In this document: one piece after another, positions 1 through 11,258 of the stretch | Numbering within the stretch: the first letter of the stretch is position 1 | Layout of the letters: each line of letters starts with the position of its first letter | DNA from: Basidiobolus ranarum | Taxonomy: Eukaryota | Direction of reading: 5' to 3' | DNA: 40,173 nucleotides | Assembly: GCA_040143965.1 (NCBI GenBank) | Contig: JASJQH010006914.1 | Location: 1 to 40,173 of the forward strand | Made by a program: the position numbers and the translations under genes | The notes under the pieces: model-generated | What the model saw: the letters and a program-made list of their open reading frames with translations, nothing else | What the model was told of the DNA's origin: nothing | Databases searched by the model: none

Positions 1-66
1 GAGATTTTCCGTAAGGCTGATGCTGACCTTGGTGCCCGAGTTGCCAAGGGTTTAAATTTAGATTAA
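1..66 (+). CDS. 3' end of a probable monofunctional catalase (partial)
   Basis: Frame 1 reads EIFRKADADLGARVAKGLNLD*, resembling the catalase C-terminal helix motif (F.K.D.D.G.RVA.GL). Followed by an AT-rich 3' region containing AATAAA. Confidence 0.7.
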   Translation, partial: EIFRKADADLGARVAKGLNLD

Positions 67-516
67 TAGTTAAATATTTTTAAAGTCAATAGAACTAAGT
101 CAATAAACCCTCTATTAAACCACCACTACTTCCTTTATCTCTTCTATTTAATAATAACTAGTTATTTCCGCCATGCTTAAATTTGTCACGTGATTGTAAA
201 GATGTAATTGAAACGATCATTATCAGAGCCAGACAGCGCTTCAATTTTACCTTCAATGTTGCGATGAAATATACTTTCACCATTTTATTCAGAAACAAGC
301 AAAATGGGAAATAGATAGCAACTTTATATATTAAACTTATCTATATGGTAAACACTCCTCAGGTGAGTTCGGGCCTAAGCTTATCTATATGGTTAACCCA
401 GGTGATCCTTGAGTGTATGGGATCCGGTCACCTTTTTGAATAGTCATGGTGAATACAATTATCATTTATATTTCGACTTATTGCAGCAATATTACTAATG
501 CCACAGCTTAGTAAGT

Positions 517-1257
517 CAATTAACTATCAGTAACCAGTTCAATTTATTTGGAAGCCACATTTTTAAAGCAGACATCCTCTTTCTCTCTAAACATCGTTAC
601 TTTTTTTATTACTAAGCACCAATCACCTTGATATCCTGACCTATTTCAGTATATCACCACTAAACATCCCTTTTATGGGCACTCTGAGCATTATATTGGT
701 TGGTTAATTGAGATGGATTTGGTAAATAGATAAGGATTTGGTTAATGGATATGGATTTCGTTATTGGAGGTTGACTTGGTTAATGGGGATGGATTTAGTA
801 AATGATTTACCTTGATTCTCACACTATCAATCTGACTACCATTTCAATTATCCACAAGTTGGTTGGTCAATGGAGATCACTTAATTGAGATTCGCATACA
901 ATCAATTTGATTCAAAACCTACACACTTCCAATCAATTCAATTAATCAATACGTGTGATATGAACCATCCTTATTTCATTAGCTAATCCTGAGCCTAAAA
1001 TTAACGCACAAAGTACAATACCTATGGATTATCAATTTGCAAGTAATGCGTGAACTTTACATACCTTTTTATGTAATTGATATCGCTATTTCGCCAGAGG
1101 TTTGGACCAACTCAAGTTCTAGGTCAAGGTCCAGAGCCCATGCATTTAATTTGTGAAATATTAATGATCAGGGTCAAGTATAGCATACTAACATTAGACA
1201 ATCTCTAGAACAAACCCGTTTTGAAATGTTGATTATAGATGAAGAGATTTGTATACA
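517..1257. repeat. Dispersed direct repeat, copy A (homologous to ~5663-6607)
   Basis: Shared blocks include TTTGGAAGCCACA, CTCTCTAAACATCGTTACTTTT, CCTATTTCAG.ATATCACCACTAAA, AAAGTACAATACCTAT, CAGAGCCCATGCATTT, ATACTAACATTAGACAATCTC and GATTATAGATGAAGAGAT. Roughly 80% identity by eye, with indels. Confidence 0.85.
698..806 (+). repeat. Degenerate ~19-bp minisatellite (GGTTAATGGATATGGATTT-like) inside repeat copy A
   Basis: Successive units: ggttaattgagatggattt / ggtaaatagataaggattt / ggttaatggatatggattt / cgttattggaggttgactt / ggttaatggggatggattt. Confidence 0.65.
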
Positions 1258-1427
1258 GCAGTGCAACTTTGAATCAATTAGTAGAATACCCAAGCTGATT
1301 ACAAGGGTTGTTGAATTGTTGGTATACACCTTTATCTTGTATCACTTACAAGGGTTATTCAATTGTTGATCTTCGCTTATTCTGGATGAAAGTACCCCAG
1401 TGATGGGTACTTTTCTTTTTCTTTATG

Positions 1428-4180
1428 TTAAAGAAACATGGAGCGATCAACTGCATCTTTGACAATATCATGGCAAATCATTCCATTAGCATAGGCCGTG
1501 GTAGCAGCCTTACTACGCAAATCTGTCTCAGGTGATATAGCCACTTGTGATATGGTTCGACTAGATGTGCTAACTGTTGTGTAAAATTGAGTACAGTAGC
1601 CCATGTATCCTGCTGTTTGTAATGTAAACTTCCAGTCCAAAAATATTGCAACATATAGAATCTAAATTTGCAAGTAGCCTTACTAATAGAATGGAAATCG
1701 TAATCAAAGTTATTTGCTGTCATGATATGCTTTCTGATAAGGGTTGATGGCCATTGAGGAGCACAATCACAGCATCCGGATCTGGCAAATGTAGCACTCA
1801 AATCCTTCTGCAAGCATTAACACGGTGGAATCATACATGGCTGGATGGTTAATCATATAATAAATATTTGGTCAAAATGCCTTGTTGGAGAACTCATCAT
1901 TGGAATTGGGTAAAGGAGCCATTGGGATTAGGTAATCACAAGAGATGCGAATTCGCCATTTGTTGATCGTTGGGGGCAGTGATATGGTCTACAGCCAAAC
2001 TCTAGATATTCAACATACTCTATATTCTCTTCTATGCTCAAAGCCTCCAATAAACGCTCGACATCTTTCACATTCTTTTATGTATCTTATCTTCTATTTG
2101 ATTATGTGCTTCCTGTTTAATGGAGGTATTCCGCATGTGTCCAAGACAGATCCAGTGAAGACTACCCACGATTACATTGTTGATTTTAAAGATACCGCAA
2201 ATAATGGTGATTTCGATCATCTCACCTTTAAAATACTTGCTGGGCAATCCATCATTGGAGCCGGGGTGCTCTTAGGGTTAGTTAGATCAGAGATACCGAC
2301 GAAGGTGCAGATGAAGTGGTTCGCTTGTTCATTGAGCAGAAACAGTGATTGAGGTTCAAGAAAGTAAATGTCAATCTACGATTCGTCGACACTTCACCAA
2401 CAAACCATGGTTCCTTGGCGTTCTTAAGCACAATTGAATGTAAGTCAAATGCCGTCCAGGAGATGGCAAATACATCCGTACCAAACGTGACATCCACCGC
2501 TGGCTTCGCTGTACAGTTTATACCGATCCAGTTTATAAATAATTGAACATGGGTAGGCATGGTACTATTGACCGCTTGACGCGAGAAGACTGCTGAATGC
2601 AAAAGTGGTATCGTTACCAACTCCGTAACTGACAATTAATCAATATGTCAATATGCCAGAGCGTTACCAACGTAGTCTATCGTGTTCACATCAAGGTTAG
2701 GAAATGAACGGTGAGTAGTGTACTGCACAGGTTGACACTGTCACCTACCGGACGCTAATGGCGGGGATATCTTCTTCCTAATGTTATAGCATCGAAAACT
2801 TGGCATCTGCTGGCAAGTACCTAGCTCTGGTGATAAGGCACCACATGTGCAAGCATTGTTGGTGCTAATCCATAATGCATCAGCGTCCTTTGGATTGTTT
2901 AGATCTTTCTTCATTGCAAGCAGCTCCTTCGCAAAATTGATTAATTTTGCTGTGCAATGTGGTAGCTTGGCGAAGAAATCAGTATAGTTGACACCCTATC
3001 ATCCATGTGCTGGAGTGAGATTGACAGTGGTACCGGAAGTTCCGAGGCATGAACCAACGAGCGATTCAGAACTGGCGAAGAATAAGGATTCTTTGAGCAC
3101 AGGTTAGCCCACTTGTGCATCAAGTCAGAATTTGTTTCACCATCACCAAGTAGATAAAACATCTCAGATGCCAGTGTAACTCCGCGATGGAAATAAGTGA
3201 TTTGCACTTGTTAGACAGGATCACTTGGATTTGTCCATTGCATATAAAGTCCTTCAGGATACTGATCTTAGTCCCCCAAAACAAAGTCGTCGAGAGTCAA
3301 ATCTGAATGAGTGACAGCAAGAGGAACGCTAGCGTCGTTACTCGCAATAAACCATTGTTTGTCTTCAAGTCTGGCTCTCCCGGCCAACAGTAACTACTAC
3401 ATTAACAGCTCAGCCAAGGATGCTCTCATATTCTCCGGGTTTATGAAATTAGAAGCATTATTTTGGCTCTTATACACGAACTGAAAATGAAACGATATGA
3501 CAGGCGTGATATTGTCGATAGCAGAGAGAGCACCATCATGATACAAATCCATCACTTCATCTAAAGTCTGAATATTTTCAGGATACTCTTTTCAATTTGC
3601 AAATGGGTATCAACGTACTGATATAGATCTGTGTTGATAAATCCGCCACTATGGGAGCTCTTAGGTTAACGGATCAATCTATAGTACCCCCGAAATTTAT
3701 GCTCCTTTGCATTTGATATCTACTATTAATGTTGGTACCTTTATTAGTATAGGCAACCCAATCACTAGTGCCACAGAGTAGTAAAATACTATCGCGCTCA
3801 CTGTCGTGATATAGTTTACGATATTGTAAACTATTGTTAATCTCTTGGATCTCCCAATAGCCTAGATAATTGCTCTGTTTAGTATATCTTCCAGGAGTAG
3901 CTCTCTTACTGGTAAAAATACAAGTAGATCCAGAACAGTTGGAATCACTTGGTCAGAAATATCTGCCATAATTAGTTGCTTCCAGTAACATCTTATTGGA
4001 ACCTATTCCAGCTTTAGTAATCATAGTTAGAGTATTCAGGTTTACTCAAGTGGGATAAAAGCTTAGAATCTAGATATTGATATCCCATTGTCTATGAAGA
4101 ACATGCACCATCCACCACTAATAGTATAAGGTCTAGACAAGCATTCAACTCGGCAGCCGGGAAGTTGTCGATTGAATGTT
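1428..4180 (-). pseudogene. Decayed GH18 chitinase, subgroup C / zymocin-alpha (killer toxin)-like, with a long C-terminal extension
   Basis: Manual minus-strand translation of ~4180-3660 gives NFPAAELNACLDLILLVV, HVLHRQWD, and LNTLTMITKAGIGSNKMLLEATNYGRYF*PSDSNCSGSTCIFTSKRATPGRYTKQSNYLGYWEIQEI...YHDSERDSILLLCGTSDWVAYTNKG...SINFGGTID*SVNL. These match subgroup C motifs MTYDLHGQWD, ALSMITKAG, SYGRSF, PGRCT, DSDILVY..EWVAY and NFGGT.DWA.DL. In-frame stops and frameshifts are present. Broken minus-strand ORFs continue to the stop at 1428; linking them to the same gene is inference. Confidence 0.8.
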
Positions 4181-4839
4181 TTAATGATGAGTGTATAGAG
4201 TACCATCACCATCTATAACAGAATTAGAGACTCTAGTTACTACGTGGTTCAGTCTGTGTAGGCACTGTGATCTCTCTATCATATATTTATATGCAGAAAA
4301 ACTCATCATTGGCTAGGTTAGAGGATTTGTTGATTCTAGATTGTGCTTAGGGTAAGTCATTAAGACTGGGAGATTAGGTCGCAAACAACACGAGACAAAT
4401 GTTTCGTACCAGCGCAAGCATTGATAGAATGCAGGATTAAGAAAAGAGCAAGTATAAAAAGGGAGTTTCCCGAAAATAACTAACGTACAGCTTATTTAGT
4501 ATCATCTAGAACTACAAAAGGACTGTTACAGACAATACACACTGACAATATAAATAATAGCACACTTTTGGAGATCGCTATCTGAATGCAAATAAAACCT
4601 CGCGAAAGATTTGGATGAAAACAAAATAGCCATGTAATAGCTATATTCTAACTCCAATTAACACGATAAAACCTAAAACGGAAGGAATGGAGTACGAATT
4701 AATTATAGATTGATGGATTGAAAATGGAAATGTGATTATTAATCGAACCCAATACTTAGTAGTGACCTGGACAGGATTTGAACATAACACTTTGTCTGGA
4801 CTGGAATTGACTTCAGCTTAAGAAGAGATAGGTTTGCAT

Positions 4840-4920
4840 ATACAGCAATACAACAAAACACAGCAATACAACAAAACACAGCAATACAATACTATACAGC
4901 AATATAGTAATATAATAATA
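4840..4920 (+). repeat. Short tandem repeat (CAGCAATACAACAAAACA x2 plus degenerate copies)
   Basis: Directly visible tandem units. Confidence 0.75.
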
Positions 4921-5662
4921 CTCTATTGTTTGAACCTCAATTGGTCCTTCAAATCACTACTACTTATCAGAGTGAATGGCTAGTATTTTATCAGAGTGAA
5001 TGCCTCGTATTTACCCAAAATGTCATTCAATTTCGGCTCAACTAGACCATGTTATGGGTCAAGTAGTCTTAGTAACCAATCAGTCAGTTCCATTGCAAAT
5101 CTTGAATAACAGATACCGAGCAACATCGCCATTGACATGTGTGTCTAGAAGAGCCACTGCTTACATATATCTTGAATTCGGGATTATTCAGCATCATTAC
5201 AATTAGTATCAGTTCGAAAAAGAATCGATTGTATTACTGTCACTGGATTTTTATATATATTATTGAACCTTCTGTTGATAAGATGTTGCAATAAACCCTC
5301 TATAGAATTCACCAGAATTCACCATTACATCCTTTATTTCCAAGACACATTATTGTTTGCAATATAGCTAGTACTCGATTTATGAGATAAGAATGGAACA
5401 TCTTTGGGTATTTACTGTTGCAGTAAGTTTTTGGTATTGTTGCAGTAACTCCATTATCAACATACCTTAAGGACCTTACTCCTAGTCCAGGCATTACCTG
5501 CGTCAAGCTGTTCATTTGATTAAATGAAAAATCACCGTAGATATAACTTCAACCTTGCTTTTGATGTCATAGTTTTGGGACCACGAACGCATTATGAATG
5601 GATTATTTACACGGGTACAGTAAATAGCTCTCATTACAACCATATTGATGCTGCTGCAGCAG

Positions 5663-6607
5663 GCAATCAACTAGTCAATATCCAGGTCAACTGATTTGGA
5701 AGCCACAATTCTAAAACAAACAGCCTCCTTCTCTCTAAACATCGTTACTTTTCAATTACTAAGCACTAATCACCTGCCCTTATATTTGTGAAGGGACTGA
5801 TATAAGGAATTGATATACCGACCTATTTCAGCATATCACCACTAAATATTAATACATCACTAAATATCTCTTTTCTTATGATCGTTAAATTTGTTGGCTG
5901 ATTGAGATGGACTAAATTGATTGGCTGATAGCTTACCTCCAGATCGTCACAAAATCAATCTGCTGAATAAATACTTACAAACGATCTGATTAAGAATGAT
6001 GAAAACTGACACTCAATTCAACTAATCAATAGTGTAAATTACAATAATTCATACCTGACATTTTATTGAATAGGGTTAGTAAATATGGGATGAAGAACAA
6101 TAGCAACAATGGTTTCCTAAAGGTTTAAGGGGTTTGAACCAGTTTTAAGCATTGTATATTTTCCAAATATTTCTGAGATATAGCAAAATATATATCATGA
6201 TTTTAACTTTAGAAATGTGCGAGTATTTCATTCTAATATAAAGTGCTAACTCTGTGTTCTATTTCGCAACCAACAAAAGCATCCTTTGGGTAAGAACGTC
6301 TATGGATACTATGAGCTATCCTTACCTCATTAGCTAGCCTCAAGCCTAAAATAAATGCTCAAAGTACAATACCTATTTACAATCAATTTGCAAGTAATGC
6401 ATGAACCTGACATACCTATCTATGTAATCAATATCCCTACTTCATCAGAGCTTTGCATCAACCCATGTTCTAGGAGAAGTTTCAGAGCCCATGCATTTGC
6501 TTTGTGGAATATTAATGAGCAGGGTTAGGTATAGTATACTAACATTAGACAATCTCAAGAACAAAGCTATTTTGAAGTGTCGATTATAGATGAAGAGATC
6601 TATATAC
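5663..6607. repeat. Dispersed direct repeat, copy B (homologous to ~517-1257, with an extra insert at ~6040-6310)
   Basis: Same conserved blocks in the same order and orientation as copy A. Confidence 0.85.
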
Positions 6608-6647
6608 AATTGTGTCTAAAACAGAAATTGCTAAAATCGAGGAATGT

Positions 6648-7132
6648 ATTGTTGAAATTAGCAATGCCTAAGCACCTATATAGTCATATATAGCTTAGTA
6701 CTTAGTTATCCTATATTGAACTAAGATATCATCTCAAGAGGAGTTTGCTTAGAAGTTTGAAGATATATTACTTTTTCAAACTTGCGCTAGGAGCCCCAAA
6801 CTTTGCACACGTGTTCCTGGGACCTTCCTTGACATATTCTACACGTTAGTTTGTTTACATCTTGACAAAACTATAAATGTCAACTTTCTACTCAATAAAT
6901 CAATAAGTGAAAACCACCAATTCCTCTAATTCTCCAAACCACTTCCAACAGGCTCCCAAATACTTTAACAGAAAGTTGACATTTAGAGTTTTTCAAAGCT
7001 GTAAGATAACAAATACTCCAAATGTAAATTCCAATTCAGAATAGTGAGTGATATCTTAGTGAAATATAGGATAACTAAATATTGAGCTATATAGAACTCT
7101 ATAGGTGTTTAGGCATTGCTAATTTCAACAAT
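6648..7132. mobile_element. MITE/foldback-like non-autonomous element with ~84-bp terminal inverted repeats
   Basis: 6648-6731 (ATTGTTGAAATTAGCAATGCCTAAGCACCTATA...CTAAGATATCA) is the imperfect reverse complement of 7049-7132 (TGATATCTTAG...ATAGGTGTTTAGGCATTGCTAATTTCAACAAT). A second inner inverted pair lies at ~6854-6888 and ~6971-7005. No coding capacity. Confidence 0.7.
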
Positions 7133-8961
7133 TTCAACAGTGATCAAATAGTTTACAGAAAAGCACATAATTTTTGATGAAAATAGTGAAAAGTTAAAAT
7201 TGTAGTGTTTTAATATTTCACATACCAAATGTATATTCCAATTTAGAGCTAGTGATATTTACTGAAAATACTAGCCAACTATTAATATAGTTTAGGAAAT
7301 AGTAAAGTATATGAAGAGATGGAAAACAAACATGCTAAAGATAACAAGCTTCAACATACTGAAAGCAAATTTGACTACAATAATAATAATAATTAGTAAG
7401 AGTTGAATTCAAGGTTGCGGAGAAATTAAATATAAAACAAAACCTCTAATTGGGTGGAAAGTCTTCAGAAATATTGATTTTTGGTTGTTTCCGCAATCCC
7501 TAGTGAGATGTCAGTCCAATCAAGACTACACGGCTACATACTGCTCTTGTTCTTCTTCAAGTATCTTACTTGTTGGGAGTATGCCCATGCGAGCAGGCAC
7601 ATTTACAATTGAATGCTTATAATGCTAAGAAAATATTTCAGAGTGTATTCCTAACAGTAAAGTCATCATATCAGTTGTTATCTTACTAGTGTTTCTTACG
7701 CATAAGACAGAAAAATTAGCACTTGTACCTTTCAAGAAACATTTATATTTCTGGCAAACACTATTTAGAACAATATAACTAGGCTTTTTGATTGCACGAT
7801 ACGAAATCATCTTTGCAGGAATCAACATAACTCGATCAATCTGATTAATCTAAAGCTTGCGACTACGATGGTTACTCAGAAACTGGCAAGCAGATCTCTA
7901 TTTTTAAGATTAACGCGCATCACTTTAACTCTGAATCATTGGCTGATAGAGTTATTGTTCAAGTTAGCACCTACAGCAGATTAATGACTTAACATCTACG
8001 TACAAGATAATGCATATAAATTGTTAAAAGATGACAGCACATAGGTGATAACTTGAACAACAACAACATTAAAGAGGATTTACTTGGTGATTCAATGTGT
8101 CTATTTCTTAGGCACTCGTGGTCTAGTGATTTGATTACTCGTTATTAGCACATATTGTATTCTATATGTGTACTGTCGTTTATACCAACCTTTGCACCTG
8201 TATCTTCCGTTAATCTGGATTTCCATTCACTAATGTAGTGATTATGTGATTTTCGGAATTCAGCATGCGCTACCTCAGTGTTTCGAGATGTGGCAAAGCA
8301 TTATTTGCAGGCATCTTAACAAATCAAAATAGAGGGAACCATATCGATATTTCTATTGAAGTCCTCTATGTTTGAATATAGCCCTATATATCCCCAATCG
8401 AGGAAGTAATTACTGATATTGTGAGCATTTCATTGTGCACATTGGGCAAACTCTGATCCCGTCATGGTATCAAAGGCGATGGTAATATACCCTAGTGTCT
8501 TGTGAGAACTGGAAGTTTCCAAATATAGAAATGCTCTAGAAAAACCCCATATATAGATGAAACTATGGTTTAACCTTATACTCAGACAATGATCCAGTCA
8601 TTAATTCAGTTGCATGATTGCATATCGATAAGAGTAAAGAAATGGTAATATATAATGGCTATCAATACGGAGACACGGAAACTGCCATATTAGGAAGACT
8701 TCGAGAATTAATTCTTTGTTGGTTCAAGGAAGAGCTCCAACTAGCAGCTTTTAGAATAATAATGCTGTATAAATGGTAACAAACACATGCGTCTCTTCGA
8801 CCAAATTTGGATGGTTATAGCTCATTTGATGTACACTTGGTTCGTTAAATAAATTACTTCCAAGTTGAAACTCTACGGTTTATTATTTCGTTATGATATC
8901 AAACACGTATATTTCCGGTGTTGAATTGGTTTTCCTTTGATTTCAAACCATATCCTAAACT

Positions 8962-10656
8962 TTAATTTCGTTTGATTCTTCTTCTAACTCTCCCTTCTTT
9001 ATACTTTCTTTGGCCAGTACTGATCTTACCCAGAATGATTCGATCCATGTCACCAGGGCAAAGAGGGCTAGCACATTCCATACTAAATGGCTATTCAGTG
9101 GAAATGGCAGTGATGATTTAATTGAATTAGAAAGTAAAACACCACCCAGGGCAGGACCAATAGCTCTTGTCAGCGAAACTACTGCCTGTGAATATCTAGA
9201 ATATACATCATATTAATAAAATATCCAGTTTAAGATTGTTACTCTGTGTTGCTTACCCGTTGACTGCTCCCAAAGTTTCCTTAGATGGACAAACATCTGT
9301 GAGCAATATGGAGGTTGCGGTGAAGCATATTGGGGAGCATATAACCTTCGTAATTAGGCAAAGACCAATTCCAGCCCAAACTCCTACCCACACCCAGTTG
9401 TAAGTGCTGGTATCGGTGGTTTGAAATTGGTTTGCATAGCGAGCTAGGTCAGCTATGAAAGGTTGCAAGAAATAAAAAGGAATGTATACGAAAAGCACAA
9501 CCATATAGCACTTGAGGTCACCATAACGTCTTTGAAGTGGTGGGTATATTATAAGTTGTACGATGGGTGTCAGAATCCCTACGACAGCTAGGGTAATACT
9601 GATTTTCTGCTGATCTAAACCAAGACCGTATTGGCTAGAAGGCGCCGCTGTCCATAGGTTATATAACTCGTCCCATGTCACGTTCTGTAGAGAGAAAAGT
9701 ACATAGGATAATACAACTACATGGACTGGCTTAGTAAGGGAAGATAGAAATCCAAATTTGAATCGCTTTGAGGTTGTTTTCACACTTTCATCACTTGTTG
9801 AACAAGACTCTGAAACAGTATAAACGGAATTTTCTTGCTTCGTTTCTGTTTGATTGGATTGTTTCTTCACTTTCTTCGCCAAGGTTTCTTCCAAGTATAT
9901 TGCTCCAAAGATGGATCCAGCTAAACTAATACAGGCACCTATTGCGCATGGTAGAAAGTATGGATATCGAATTAAAAATTCATTTCCACCAAATATCGAA
10001 GGGTATTGAGAGGCAGGTTCTGATAAAAGACCACCTAATAGGGGGCCCACTACACTGCCAACCCCCCAAACAAGTGGCAATAACGTGAAAGCCTTTGCAC
10101 GATTGGTGTCATCCGTTATCTCGGCCAATAAAGACTTTATAACACCAATGTTACCGTTTAGTATCCCTGCTAATGAGCGACTAAGGATGGCCATCACATA
10201 GCTCCGACTTAACCCAAACAGTAATATACCAACAGTACTCCCAAGCAAGCCCATTAATATAACTGGCTTGCGGCCAATTCGATCTGACAATATACCCCAA
10301 GGAATGCCTAGTGAATAAGTAAATTAGAACCAAAAAAGATCAACTCGTGAGCTTATGTGCAATCGTTACCACTAATGAATTGGGCAATTGCAAATGATGC
10401 TGCAATCAAGCCTGCAAAAGAGCTTACATCCTCTTCACTTTCACCTACATTCATCCACTTGACCATCTAGTAGAGAAAGCAAGACTCAGAAAAAGTTGAT
10501 CTACGCAAATAACTTTATATATCACACCTTATACATGAATGGAAATAATATGGTGTAGTTGATCGGCTCAGCAAGTCTGACTAGACAGAGAATAATAAGC
10601 TGCCTCATGGGCAACGGGGTGATGGTTTCTGTAGTAGAAGGCGAACTGATACTCAT
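8962..10656 (-). CDS. MFS transporter, ZIFL/TOM1/ENA1 (fungal YCR023C-like) family; 4 exons
   Basis: Exons 10656-10528, 10466-10370, 10307-9257 and 9195-8962 with GT-AG introns that keep the frame. N-terminus TPLPMRQLIILCLVRLAEPINYTIYYFPFMYKMV...FAGLIAASFAIAQFISGIPWGILSDRIGRKPV (MFS motif A). Also contains NGNIGVIKSLLAEITD, YPYFLPC and LGAVNGYSQ..SLTRAIGPALGG, typical of this family. Confidence 0.9.
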
Positions 10657-11258
10657 CGTCAAAGCTAATATGGAATACTGGCAAGCAATGGTGAGCTAGT
10701 TATGTTTATTTTATAGCACGCTACATAGTTCGGAAATAGAACACCAATTATGATAGGTTTACGATTAGCATGGGGCTGTGCCATGGCATATCGGGTATAA
10801 GCTAGCTTGTAATAAATATACGATAGTCCTACCAGAACTAAAACTTACGTTTCAACCAAATCAGTGACAACTCATCGATTATGGGTAGCAATTACGACAA
10901 TAAGCGTGACCATGTTCTTTGCTTAGGTATAAAAAAAACTACCCTAACGCTGGTTTGAATCGCACATGTAATTCTTTATTTATATTATAATCCTATATGG
11001 AAACCACGATGAAGATCTAAGAGATGCACCTTTTATTAGTCTGAGAAATATTGTGGTAAAGCTATTTTAACTAGTTCCCTCGCAGAATACCCGATATCAT
11101 ACCCGACTCGAATTCTTGGTACGAATGGATTGCCCCGCTTTTGGTATTATTGTGGAGTCATCAGAGTTTGAAGAGGTAAATATTCCCATTGAGTTTCCGT
11201 CTATAAATAAGGCTGCTTCTTTTTGACTTTGTAACTCATCTCAACTACTTATCTTAAG
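10657..11258. promoter_or_regulatory. Bidirectional promoter between the MFS gene and NAS
   Basis: Divergent ATGs separated by 602 bp. TATAAATAA at 11202 (+) and TATAAAA on the minus strand near 10709-10715. ATACCCGA(TAT) motif at 10788-10798 (-), 11087-11097 (+) and 11099-11106 (+). Confidence 0.6.

Noticed and set aside
698-806. CRISPR-like array
   Set aside because: Contiguous degenerate units without unique spacers, eukaryotic context and no cas genes. It is a minisatellite.
1945-2546. Plus-strand ORFs of 135 and 65 aa
   Set aside because: Antisense to the decayed minus-strand chitinase gene, with no motifs.
517-6607. Autonomous LTR retrotransposon
   Set aside because: No gag, protease, RT (YxDD), RNase H or integrase motifs recognised between the repeats.
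7440-7860. Possible decayed coding or transposase fragment (67-aa minus-strand ORF)
   Set aside because: Multiple stops nearby and no recognisable motif, so it cannot be supported.
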